Assembly (NCBI GenBank): GCA_963725865.1
Contig: CAVSAC010000014.1
Location: 1,024,001-1,088,000, forward strand
Reading direction: 5' to 3'
Length of the DNA: 64,000 nucleotides
From: Candidatus Eiseniibacteriota bacterium
GTDB taxonomy: Bacteria; Eisenbacteria; RBG-16-71-46
In this document: in pieces, positions 1 to 8,906 of the stretch
How positions within the stretch are numbered: the first letter of the stretch is position 1
Layout: each line of letters begins with the position of its first letter
Notes under the pieces: generated by a model
Databases searched by the model: none
The model's input: only the letters and a program-made list of their open reading frames with translations
Told to the model about the DNA's origin: nothing
Position numbers and translations under genes: made by a program

Positions 1-207
1 GCGCTTCTTCTGGCCCGCGTGGTCGCCGATCTGGATCAGGTCGGAAGTGCCGATCTCCATCTTGGCGCAGAGGCAGAACTCCTCGTCGGTCGGAAAATAG
101 GCCTGCCAGTTCGCCAGCAGGGACTCGTAGTCCTTGAAGTTGTGGCGCCGCCAGTGCTCGACCGCGGAGTGGTACTTCTTCTCGAGCGTGATGTTTTCGA
201 CCTTCAT
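1..207 (-). CDS. 5' part of a gene running off the window edge; possibly a ferritin-like BoxB/PaaA-type aryl-CoA epoxidase subunit
   Basis: Not in the ORF track. ATG at 207 overlaps the GNAT stop (ATGA) and reads MKVENITLEKKYHSAVEHWRRHNFKDYESLLANWQAYFPTDEEFCLCAKMEIGTSDLIQIGDHAGQKKR with typical codon usage. The family guess rests only on a weak IxxGDHxG resemblance. Confidence 0.5.
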   Translation of the reverse strand, partial: MKVENITLEKKYHSAVEHWRRHNFKDYESLLANWQAYFPTDEEFCLCAKMEIGTSDLIQIGDHAGQKKR

Positions 208-680
208 CGACTCGTCTCCTCGGCCGTGGGGGTGAGCCGCACCTCGAGCGCCTGCAGCGGCGAGGGCGCGAATCCGAGCTTCTCCAGGAATCCGGCCACC
301 GCGGTGTCCTTGCGGTCGACCAGCGTGCGCACCGTGGTCGCTCCGCGCGTGCGGAAGTGCGTCACCATCGCGTCATACATCGCGCGGCCCAGGTCGCGGC
401 CGCGGCAGTCGGGGTCGATGCCGAAGCGCTCGATCCAGCCGCTGGTCTCCTCGAGCCCGAACTCGCCCGCGCGCAGGTCGCCAAGCATGAATCCCACGAC
501 CTTGCCGTCCACCTCGCACACCTGCGAGCCCTCGGGATCGCGCCGCAGGTAGAACACCACGCGCTGCTCCCAGAACTCGGGGCGATAGGTGCCGGAGATG
601 CGCTCGTCGATCTTCACGATGGCGCCGAGGTCGAGCTCGTCGAGCGGGCGCACGCGGGTTCCGGCCTGGACGTCGGGCAT
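204..680 (-). CDS. GNAT family N-acetyltransferase
   Basis: GGAGG before ATG 680; motifs GKVVGFMLG, FGIDPDCRGRDLGRAM (acetyl-CoA motif A), FLEKLGF. Confidence 0.85.
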   Translation of the reverse strand: MPDVQAGTRVRPLDELDLGAIVKIDERISGTYRPEFWEQRVVFYLRRDPEGSQVCEVDGKVVGFMLGDLRAGEFGLEETSGWIERFGIDPDCRGRDLGRAMYDAMVTHFRTRGATTVRTLVDRKDTAVAGFLEKLGFAPSPLQALEVRLTPTAEETSR

Positions 681-1013
681 CGGGACGGACCTCCATGGAC
701 GGGGGCGAGGGACGGAGCGGCTCGAAAGCGCGAAGACACTAGCAGCCCGCGCGGGCGGCGGGTAGGGGGAACCGCGGCCCCCGGGGACATTCGACGAACG
801 AGCGTTCAGTCTGATGCGCCCACCCGGGGAAGGATGTGGGCGGAGGGCGCGCGGTTCCGGGGCGGCCCGGCGCCCGCGTGGTCCGGCCGGGGAGCGCATC
901 CCTGTGACGGAGCGCGCGTTCGCGACTCCCTCCAACGAGCACCGAGAGACTCGTTGCATGTCCGCCGCCCCGGACGGAGACTGCCGTTCCCTTCCCCCTT
1001 GGAGGTCGACGCC

Positions 1014-4000
1014 ATGAAGGACGCTCCCCGTCGTTCCGCGCTCTCCGTTCTCATCCTGCTCCTCGTGTTCGCTGCCACCGCCAGCGCCGCGCCGGTGCGC
1101 GGCCCCGCCGCGCGCGGCGACCTCGCGCGCCGGCTCGCCCACGTGCCGCGCGCGACCAGCGCGACCAGCGCGACCACTGCGAGCACCGTCGCCGCGCCCC
1201 GGGGCGCTGCGCCCACGCGCGCGCTGTCGGTGCCCGATGGCGCGGGCGGCATGTACTACACCTGGCCCGACCCGCGCGATGGCAGCTCGGACATCTACCT
1301 GCAGCGCTTCACCGGCGCCGGCGCGGTCGCGGCCGGCTGGCCCGCGAACGGGCTGGCAGTGTGCACCGAGCCCGGCGAGCAGTTCGCGTCCGGCCTGGTG
1401 TCCGACGGCTCCAACGGCGTGATCGTGGTGTGGCAGGACTTCCGCGACGGCATGGTGAGCGGCGACGAGTACGCGCAGCGCGTGACCTCCGCCGGCACCG
1501 CGCTGTGGACCGCGGGCGGACGCAAGGTCGTCAGCGGCGTGATCCTGCCCCCCGTGCTCGCGCCGGATGGCAGCGGCGGACTGCTGGCGGCATGGTTCGA
1601 GCAGGGCCCGACCGACTTCGACATCCGCGCCGTGCGCCTCGCCGCCGCCACCGGCGCGGTGGCCGCCGGCTGGGGCACGGCCGGTGTGTCAGTGTGCACC
1701 GCCCCGCTTGATCAGTTGTTCCCCGCCATCACCAACGACGGCGCTGGCGGCGCCATCATCGCGTGGGAGGACGCGCGCAGTGTCCCCGACGCCATTTACG
1801 CCCAGCGCATCGACGGCGCCGGCGTGGCGCAGTGGACGGCCGATGGGGTGCAAGTCGACCCGGGCACCGGCCAGCCGAACACCGCGGGGATCTGCAGCGA
1901 CGGCGCGGGCGGGGCGATCGTCACCTGGCTCGACTTGCCCGGGGTGCTCGGCCAGCGCGTCAATGGCGCGGGCGTGGCGCAATGGGGCGCGGCCGGCGTG
2001 ACGGTCAGCCCGACCCCGCTCGGCGGCTCGACCTTCGGCAACGTGGTGGTCGCCGACGGACTCGGCGGCGCGATCGTGGGCTGGACCAATTCCGCGGCCA
2101 CCACCGACACGCTTTACGCACAGCGCGTCAACGGCAGCGGCGCGCGCCAGTGGGGCACCGCGCCGGTCCCGATCTGGGCGAGCACCACCGACCTGTTCGC
2201 GGAGCTCGGCGATGTCGTGCCCGACGGCGCCGGCGGCGCGTTCTTCGTGGGTGATGACGACCGCCTCACCCCCAACTACCCCGACGTCTACGCCCAGCGC
2301 GTCAACGCGAGCGGCGCCCCGCAGTGGGTGGCGAACGGCCTCACCGTGTGCAACGCCAGCGGCGCGCAGTTCGGCGCCACCGCCGCGCTCGACGGCGCCG
2401 GCGGCGTGCTGGTCGCGTGGCTCGACTTCCGCAACTCCTCGGTGGACGTGTACGCGCAGCGCCTCAACGCCGCGGGCAGTGCGCAGTGGACCGCGAACGG
2501 CGCCGGAATCTACAAGGACCCGGGAGTGCAGCTCGGCTCGCCCGCGATCCCGGACGGCGCCGGCGGCACATTCGTGGTGTGGCACGAGAAGCGCGGCGGC
2601 CAATTCGACCTGCGCGCGCGCCGCATCAACTCCTCCGGCGCCCCGGTGACCGGCGCGGTTGACGTGTGCAACGCGACCGGCAGCCAGTTCGTCCAGGATG
2701 TCATCGCCGACGGCGCGGGCGGTGTGATCGTGCTGTGGCAGGACGAGCGCGGCGCCAGCAAGTACGATTTCTACGCGCAGCGCCTCAACGCCTCGTGCGT
2801 GCCGCAGTGGACCGCGAACGGCGTGGTGGTGACCGCGGCCGCCGGCGAGCGGGACAACGCGCGCATGGTGACCGACGGTGCCGGCGGGGCCATCATCACC
2901 TGGCACGACATGCGCAACCCGAGTGACGCCGACATCTACGCCCAGCGCATCAACGGTGCGGGCGTGGCGCAGTGGACCGCCAACGGCCTCGGCGTGTGCG
3001 TGATCGCGGGCACCCAGAGCCAGCCCGGGATCGCCAGCGACGGTGCCGGCGGAGCCATCATCTCCTGGTTCGATGGACGCAGCTTCCTGGCGCTCGGGAT
3101 CTACGCCCAGCGCCTGAACGGCGCCGGCAGCCCGGCGTGGACCGCCAACGGCGTGAGCGTGATGAGCACCACGGCCTTCGGCCAAGGCGTGGTGGGCGCG
3201 GTCTCCGACGGCGCCAGCGGCGCGATCGTGCTGTTCTCGGAGCAGGTCTTCAACCCGGTCACGTTCTCGACCAGCGCCAACATCCTCACCGCGCAGCGCA
3301 TCGGCCCGACCGGCGCCACGCCGTGGGGCGCCACGGGGGTCACGGTGTGCGACGCCGGGGCGCTGATCGAGAACCCCCAGCTGGTGACCGACAATGCGAG
3401 TGGCGCGATCGTGGCGTGGTCGGACGGCCGCGCGTCGACCGATGACATCTACGCCCAGCGCATCACGGCCGCCGGCAGCGCGTCGTGGACCGCGAACGGC
3501 GTGGCGGTGTGCAACGCCTCAGACTGGCAGACGCTGAGCCAGGTCGTCGCGGACGGCAGCGGCGGCGCGATCCTCGGCTGGAGCGACGCGCGCAGCGGCG
3601 GCTTCTACGACGTCTACGCCCAGCGCGTCAACGGCGCGGGCGCCGCGCAGTGGACCGCGAACGGCGTCGCGCTGTGCACCGCCTCGAACGGACAGTACGG
3701 CGCCAGCGTGGCGGGCGACGGCGCCGGCGGCGCGATCCTGGCGTGGACCGACGACCGCGCGACGCCGACGCGCTACATCTACGCCGGCCGACTGAGCAGC
3801 ACCGGCACGACGATGTGGTCGACCGACGGCGTGACCGCGGTGACCGTGGCGCTGGTGAGCGCCGAGGTGGTGGCCGGTCACGCGCGCCTGGCGTGGGAGG
3901 TCTCGACCAGCGCGCCGGTGACGGTCTTCCGCCGCACCGCTGCCTCGGCCTGGGCGCCGCTCGCCGAATTGGTGCCCGACGGCGATGGCCGCGTGGTGTT

Positions 4001-4373
4001 CGACGACGCCGAGGTGGTCGCGGGCACCCGCTACGGCTACCGGCTCGGCCTGACCGACAACGGTGCCATGACCTACGGCGGTGAGACCTGGCTCGAGCTG
4101 CCCAACGCACTCTCGCTCGCCCTCGCCGCGCCGCGGCCCAACCCGGTGGTCGGCGATCTGGTGCTCACGTTCACGCTTCCCAGCAGCGCACCGGCGCGGC
4201 TCGAGATCCTCGACGTGAGCGGGCGGCGGGTGGCCGCGCGCGAGGTCGGCGGCTTCGGCGCCGGATCCCATACGCTGCGCCTCGCCGGGGTGCGGCCGGG
4301 TGCCGGGCTCTACTTCGTGCGCCTCACCCAGGGCGCGGGCTCGGCGACCACGCGAGCGGTGTTCGCACCGTAG
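1014..4373 (+). CDS. Large secreted beta-propeller-like repeat protein with C-terminal T9SS/FlgD-like sorting domain
   Basis: GGAGG before ATG 1014; signal peptide; 16 repeats of DGxGGxxxxWxDxR...DxYAQRxxxxGxxxWTANG; C-terminus PRPNP...LEILDVSGRRVA...GLYFVRL. Confidence 0.85.
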   Translation: MKDAPRRSALSVLILLLVFAATASAAPVRGPAARGDLARRLAHVPRATSATSATTASTVAAPRGAAPTRALSVPDGAGGMYYTWPDPRDGSSDIYLQRFTGAGAVAAGWPANGLAVCTEPGEQFASGLVSDGSNGVIVVWQDFRDGMVSGDEYAQRVTSAGTALWTAGGRKVVSGVILPPVLAPDGSGGLLAAWFEQGPTDFDIRAVRLAAATGAVAAGWGTAGVSVCTAPLDQLFPAITNDGAGGAIIAWEDARSVPDAIYAQRIDGAGVAQWTADGVQVDPGTGQPNTAGICSDGAGGAIVTWLDLPGVLGQRVNGAGVAQWGAAGVTVSPTPLGGSTFGNVVVADGLGGAIVGWTNSAATTDTLYAQRVNGSGARQWGTAPVPIWASTTDLFAELGDVVPDGAGGAFFVGDDDRLTPNYPDVYAQRVNASGAPQWVANGLTVCNASGAQFGATAALDGAGGVLVAWLDFRNSSVDVYAQRLNAAGSAQWTANGAGIYKDPGVQLGSPAIPDGAGGTFVVWHEKRGGQFDLRARRINSSGAPVTGAVDVCNATGSQFVQDVIADGAGGVIVLWQDERGASKYDFYAQRLNASCVPQWTANGVVVTAAAGERDNARMVTDGAGGAIITWHDMRNPSDADIYAQRINGAGVAQWTANGLGVCVIAGTQSQPGIASDGAGGAIISWFDGRSFLALGIYAQRLNGAGSPAWTANGVSVMSTTAFGQGVVGAVSDGASGAIVLFSEQVFNPVTFSTSANILTAQRIGPTGATPWGATGVTVCDAGALIENPQLVTDNASGAIVAWSDGRASTDDIYAQRITAAGSASWTANGVAVCNASDWQTLSQVVADGSGGAILGWSDARSGGFYDVYAQRVNGAGAAQWTANGVALCTASNGQYGASVAGDGAGGAILAWTDDRATPTRYIYAGRLSSTGTTMWSTDGVTAVTVALVSAEVVAGHARLAWEVSTSAPVTVFRRTAASAWAPLAELVPDGDGRVVFDDAEVVAGTRYGYRLGLTDNGAMTYGGETWLELPNALSLALAAPRPNPVVGDLVLTFTLPSSAPARLEILDVSGRRVAAREVGGFGAGSHTLRLAGVRPGAGLYFVRLTQGAGSATTRAVFAP

Positions 4374-4391
4374 CGCGGCGCGACGCGCGAA

Positions 4392-4419
4392 GGCCGCCCG
4401 GAGAGTCGTCCGGGCGGCC
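4392..4419. terminator. GC-rich hairpin between convergent genes
   Basis: GGCCGCCCGGA-gagtcg-TCCGGGCGGCC, followed by GTTCGCTTCG. Confidence 0.6.
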
Positions 4420-4475
4420 GTTCGCTTCGACGCGCGGGGGACTCTGACGCGCCGGCGGCCGTCATCGACGACGGC

Positions 4476-5852
4476 TCACATCTCGGATGCCGCGAGCCGC
4501 GTGACCACCTGCACGTGCTGTCGTCGCGGATCGGGCGGCGCCCAGGGCGGCGAGAAGTCCACCGGCAGCCCCGGCGACGCCGCGCGGCTCCACAACGGGC
4601 GCTCGATCTCGCCGCAGAGGGCATCCGCGAAGTCGGGATCCACCGCCTCGCCGGCGCGCCAGGCGCCTTCGGGCGCCTCGAGCCGGCCCGCGCGATGTCC
4701 GTTGTGGCGTACCGCGAGCTGGTGCGCGAGCCAGTTGCTCACCCGCGGCCGCAGGTCGGCGAGCACGTTGAAGCAGTCGTGGCCGCCCTTGGGGTAGAAG
4801 ACGAACTCGCGCTCGCAGCGCGCCGACTCGAAGATGCGGTGCGACTCGCGCCGCGGCGTCAGCAGGTCGTGCCCGCCGCCGGCGAGGAACAGCGGCGCGC
4901 GCAGGTGCTCGATCGCGCCGTCGAGCGTGAGCTTGCCGACCGCCTCGCCCATCTCGGCCTCCGACGCTCCGTACAGCGCGGCCAGCTCGCGGCGCATGCC
5001 GGCGAGCGTGATGTTCCAGTACACGTCGAGCGAGTAGGGCGGGCTCACCGCCGCCACCGCGCGCACGCGCCGGTCGTGGGCCGCCATGCGGATCGCCATG
5101 TAACCGCCCAGGCTCAGCCCCGCGAACGCCACTGCTCCGGCGTCCAGCTCGGGGTGGCTCTCGATCGCGTTGAGGATCGACACGCCGACCGGGCGCGGCT
5201 CGGCGACCATCGAGAGGCGGTGGAACGTCTGCCCCAGCCCGGGGCCGTCGAACACCAGCGTGGCGAGCCCGCGCTCGAGCAGCGCATCGCTCCACCAGTG
5301 CAGCTCCTCCTTCACGGCGTTGGTGCCGTTGAACAGCACCACGACCGGCGCCGGGCGCTGCCCGCGCGGCACCCGCAGGAAGCCGCGCATCGCACGGCGC
5401 CGGTGGACCACCTCGAACGGGCGCGCCGGCGGATCCACGCACGGCGCCGCCTTCTCGTACGCGCGCACGCACGCCTCGTGCAGCGAACGCTTGCGCTCGA
5501 TGTCCATGAAGATCACGTACTGCGCGAAATTGAACGCCGCCGACGAGCGCAGCCACAGCCGGCCCGCGTCGGCGCTCAGCCCGCCCGCGAGCGCCTCCTC
5601 GCCCGCCCGCTCGAGCGCGAGGCCGAGGTCCTGCCAGATGTCCACCCACGACTCGAGGCTGTTCACGCTCGCGAGCACGCGATCGAGGTCCTCGGGGGCG
5701 ACGCCGGAGTTCACGAACTGGAGCTTCGCCCACGCGGGCATCTGCTGGGCGGCGCCGAGCTTGAGCGACAGGCGCACGAACCCGGGCCGCAGCAGCTGGC
5801 TGCGGAGCAGGTGGGGCACCAGGAGCTCGAGTCGACCACCGCGGAAGTCCAT
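4476..5852 (-). CDS. Alpha/beta hydrolase (FrsA / 2,6-dihydropseudooxynicotine hydrolase-like)
   Basis: FDGPGLG, nucleophile GLSLGGY, GGHDLLTP, GGHDCF; start uncertain (5852 or 5933). Confidence 0.8.
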   Translation of the reverse strand: MDFRGGRLELLVPHLLRSQLLRPGFVRLSLKLGAAQQMPAWAKLQFVNSGVAPEDLDRVLASVNSLESWVDIWQDLGLALERAGEEALAGGLSADAGRLWLRSSAAFNFAQYVIFMDIERKRSLHEACVRAYEKAAPCVDPPARPFEVVHRRRAMRGFLRVPRGQRPAPVVVLFNGTNAVKEELHWWSDALLERGLATLVFDGPGLGQTFHRLSMVAEPRPVGVSILNAIESHPELDAGAVAFAGLSLGGYMAIRMAAHDRRVRAVAAVSPPYSLDVYWNITLAGMRRELAALYGASEAEMGEAVGKLTLDGAIEHLRAPLFLAGGGHDLLTPRRESHRIFESARCEREFVFYPKGGHDCFNVLADLRPRVSNWLAHQLAVRHNGHRAGRLEAPEGAWRAGEAVDPDFADALCGEIERPLWSRAASPGLPVDFSPPWAPPDPRRQHVQVVTRLAASEM

Positions 5853-6230
5853 CGGGGCCTCGATGTGAGAGACGGTGACCAGTTCGGGGAGCGCGGGGGC
5901 GACGCTCCCCACTCCTTGGAGTGCAGAGCCCATGCCACGGGTGCGAGATGCCGCACGAAACCCCGGCGGCCCACGCCGGCGGCGCGGCGCGGCCGGCGGC
6001 GGCGCGGCGGCCGCGCCGCCAATGCCGCGCCGGCAGCGCGCGGAACGCGGCCCAGGGCGGCCCGGAGCCACTCGGCCCGAGCGGAGCAGGCCGGCGGCCG
6101 CGGTCCGGAGCGCGCCGTGCAGCCCGCGCCGGGCGACCTCGCAGTGGGCGAGGTCACCCGACTGCGGGTGAGCCGGCGCAGCGAGGTCGCCACGGTCCCG
6201 GCGGGGCCGCCGCGGCCGCGGCCGGCGCTC

Positions 6231-7097
6231 CTAGACCATCGCCACCTGCTCGCGGTAGTCGCGGGCGAGGCGCGCCGCCACTCCCGCGTCGCCGAGCGGG
6301 CGGCCGTCGAGGGTGGCGATGCGCACCACCTCCTGCACCGAGTTGGTCACGAACGCCTCGGCCGCCGCGGTCAGCTCCGCGCGCGTGATCCGCGCCTCGC
6401 GCGCCGGGATCCCGGCCGCGGCGCACAGCCCGAGCACGATCGCGCGCGTGATGCCCGGCAGGATGCCGCGCGCGAGCGGCGGCGTGCGGACCTCGCCGCC
6501 CACCACGGCGAACAGGTTGCTCGTGGCACCCTCGAGCACCTCGCCGTCGGCGGCCACCAGCAGGGCCTCGTCCGCCTCCGCGACCCGCGCCTCCTCGCGC
6601 GCGAGCGCGTACGGGAGCCGGCTGGTGGTCTTGTGCATGCCGAGCGAGCCGGGCTCGAACGCCACCTTCGAGGTGATCGCACTCGCGGCGCCCGCGCGGG
6701 TGCCCCGCCACAGACGTCCCGCCAGCGGCTCCGCCTCGATCCACGCGCCGGCGCGCGTCGGACGGCCGCCGGCGATGCCGCGCGTGATGGTGAGGCGGGC
6801 GACCGCCTCACCCAGGCCCTCGGCCGCCAGCACCTGTTCGAGCCCCTCGCGCAGCGCGCGCGGCGCGGCCGGCACCGGAAAGCCCAGCACCGCGCACGAG
6901 AGCACCAGCCGCTCGAGGTGGCGATCCCACAGGCGCGGGACGCCGCCCGCGACCCGCAGCGTCTCGAACAGCCCCTCGCCGTCGCGCGCTCCGCGGTCCC
7001 ACAGCGACAGCGCGGCCGCGGCGCCGCGCACCAGCGTGCCGTTCACCCACGCCGCGCGCTCGGGCGCGCGCGCGCCGCGCGGCAGCGGCGCGCTCAT
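6231..7097 (-). CDS. pabC: Class IV PLP aminotransferase, probable 4-amino-4-deoxychorismate lyase
   Basis: DRG...GEGLFETLR, HLERL, HKT, EGATSNLF, ILPGITR, AFVTNS; ATGA-coupled to pabB. Confidence 0.8.
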   Translation of the reverse strand: MSAPLPRGARAPERAAWVNGTLVRGAAAALSLWDRGARDGEGLFETLRVAGGVPRLWDRHLERLVLSCAVLGFPVPAAPRALREGLEQVLAAEGLGEAVARLTITRGIAGGRPTRAGAWIEAEPLAGRLWRGTRAGAASAITSKVAFEPGSLGMHKTTSRLPYALAREEARVAEADEALLVAADGEVLEGATSNLFAVVGGEVRTPPLARGILPGITRAIVLGLCAAAGIPAREARITRAELTAAAEAFVTNSVQEVVRIATLDGRPLGDAGVAARLARDYREQVAMV

Positions 7098-8521
7098 CGC
7101 GCGGGCACCTCGCCCGGCTCCAGCATCACCGGCCCGAGCAGCGACGAGAGCGCGGCGCGCAGGCCCTCGGCCTTGTGCAGCGTCTCGTCGTACTCCGCCT
7201 GCGGATCGGAGTCGGCGATGATGCCGCCGCCGGCCGCGAAGCGCACCGCGTCGGCGGTCACCAGCGCCGTGCGGATCGCGATGCTCCAGTCCGCGCCGCC
7301 GCGCCAGTCGAGGTAGCCGATCGCGCCGGTGTAGATGTGGCGGCGCACCGGCTCGAGCGCATCGAGGATCTCCATCGCGCGGATCTTGGGGGCGCCGGTG
7401 ATGGAGCCGCCCGGGAAGCACGCCTCGAGCAGGTCGAGCGCGTCGGCGCCCTCGCGCAGCGTGCCGGTGACGGTCGAGACCAGGTGGTGCACCTGCGCGA
7501 ACGTCTCGAGCGCGCACAGCTCGGGGACCCGCACGCTGCCGGTCTCGCACACGCGGCCGAGGTCGTTGCGCAGCACGTCCACGATCATCACGTTTTCGGC
7601 CCGGTCCTTGGCGCTGGCGGCCAGCGCCGCGAGCTCGCGCGCGTCCGCGGTCGGATCGGCGCCGCGCGGGCGCGTGCCCTTGATCGGACGCGTCTGCACC
7701 TCGCGGCCGCGCAGCGTCAGGAAGCACTCCGGGCTCGCCGAGACCACCGCGTGATCCGCCGCGCCGAGGAACGCGGCGTACGGGGCCGGCGAGAGCCGCG
7801 CGAGCGCGCGGTGCAGGTCCAGCGCGAACTCCACCGGTGCCGGCGCCGCGAACGCCAGCGTCCAACGCTGCGAGAGGTTCGCCTGGAAGATGTCGCCGCA
7901 CGCGATGTGCGCCCGCACCCGCTCGACCGCCGCGCGGTAGGCCTCGGGCGTGAATCCGGAGACCGCGTGCACTGGTGTCTCCGGCGTGGCGGCCGGAGCC
8001 GGTGGGGCCGGCGCCACACGCTCGATCCGCTCCGCGAAGCGCGCGAGCCGCTCGCCGGCGCGTGCCGCGCGCGCCGCCGACCCGTTGCTCGGCAGGCCGG
8101 TCGAGAACAGATATGCCTCGCGCCGCGCGTGGTCGAAGGCGCCCACCACGTCGTAGAGGCCGAGCACGAAGTCGGGCAGGCCGAGGTCATCCACCGCCTG
8201 TGCGGGCAGCCGCTCGAGCCGCCGGCCGAAGTCGTACGCCCAGTAGCCCACCGCGCCCCCCATGAACGGCACGCAGGAGGCCGCCGGCTGGTCGCGCAGC
8301 GCGCTCGCCGCCGCATGGCGGAACGCCGCCCGCGCCGCCGCCCAGTCGCCGCCTCGATGCACGGCGTAGGGATCGGCGCCGAAGAACGACCAGCGGGCGC
8401 GGTCGTCCTCGAGCGCGGACTGGAGCAGGAACGGATACGGCAGATCCGCGAGCGCGCGCAGCGCATGCAGCGGATCCGTGACGCGCAGCGCGCGCACGAG
8501 CGGGAGGGCCTGGCGGTCCAT
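7094..8521 (-). CDS. pabB: Aminodeoxychorismate synthase component I (chorismate-binding)
   Basis: GDIFQANLS, SPECFL, TRPIKGTRPRG, KDRAENVMIVDVLRNDLG, FPGGSITGAPKIRAM. Confidence 0.9.
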   Translation of the reverse strand: MDRQALPLVRALRVTDPLHALRALADLPYPFLLQSALEDDRARWSFFGADPYAVHRGGDWAAARAAFRHAAASALRDQPAASCVPFMGGAVGYWAYDFGRRLERLPAQAVDDLGLPDFVLGLYDVVGAFDHARREAYLFSTGLPSNGSAARAARAGERLARFAERIERVAPAPPAPAATPETPVHAVSGFTPEAYRAAVERVRAHIACGDIFQANLSQRWTLAFAAPAPVEFALDLHRALARLSPAPYAAFLGAADHAVVSASPECFLTLRGREVQTRPIKGTRPRGADPTADARELAALAASAKDRAENVMIVDVLRNDLGRVCETGSVRVPELCALETFAQVHHLVSTVTGTLREGADALDLLEACFPGGSITGAPKIRAMEILDALEPVRRHIYTGAIGYLDWRGGADWSIAIRTALVTADAVRFAAGGGIIADSDPQAEYDETLHKAEGLRAALSSLLGPVMLEPGEVPAR

Positions 8522-8660
8522 GGCCGCGAGGGTAGGGGCGGGTCGCGCGAGGGTCAACGATGGCGGCAGGCGCGGCGCCGTCGCCGGCCGGCTCGCGCGC
8601 GCCCGCGACGCCGTGCGTCCGCGGCGGAGCCGGTCGGGCGCCGCGCGCCTCGCAGTCGGG

Positions 8661-8713
8661 CGGTCGCCCGCGGTCGCCCGCGGCCGCTCGGTCGCCCGCG
8701 GCCGCTCGGTCGC
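8661..8713. repeat. Short tandem repeat, 18-nt unit CGGTCGCCCGCGGCCGCT
   Basis: Two full copies (8671-8688, 8689-8706) with partial copies on both sides, in the divergent pabB/M28 intergenic region. Confidence 0.75.
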
Positions 8714-8906
8714 TCGCAGACCCGCGCTCGTCCGATCGCGCGCGGAATCGATCTGGCGAGCCGCGCGCCGCGGTGGCACGATGCGCGGCGCTCCGCCCGG
8801 CCCCGTCGGGCCATCGCGTCCGCCGCGGATCGGCGCATCGCTTCCCGCGCGGCATCGCGACGCCACCGTGGCGCCGCGGCCGGCCGCTCCTCCGGAGGAT
8901 CCACCC

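Noticed and set aside
357..1013. N-terminal extension of the 1338-aa ORF
   Set aside because: It overlaps the GNAT on the opposite strand; the SD and signal peptide identify ATG 1014.
1152..1187. 9-nt repeat GCGACCAGC (ATSATSATT)
   Set aside because: Low-complexity linker after the signal peptide; in frame and unremarkable.
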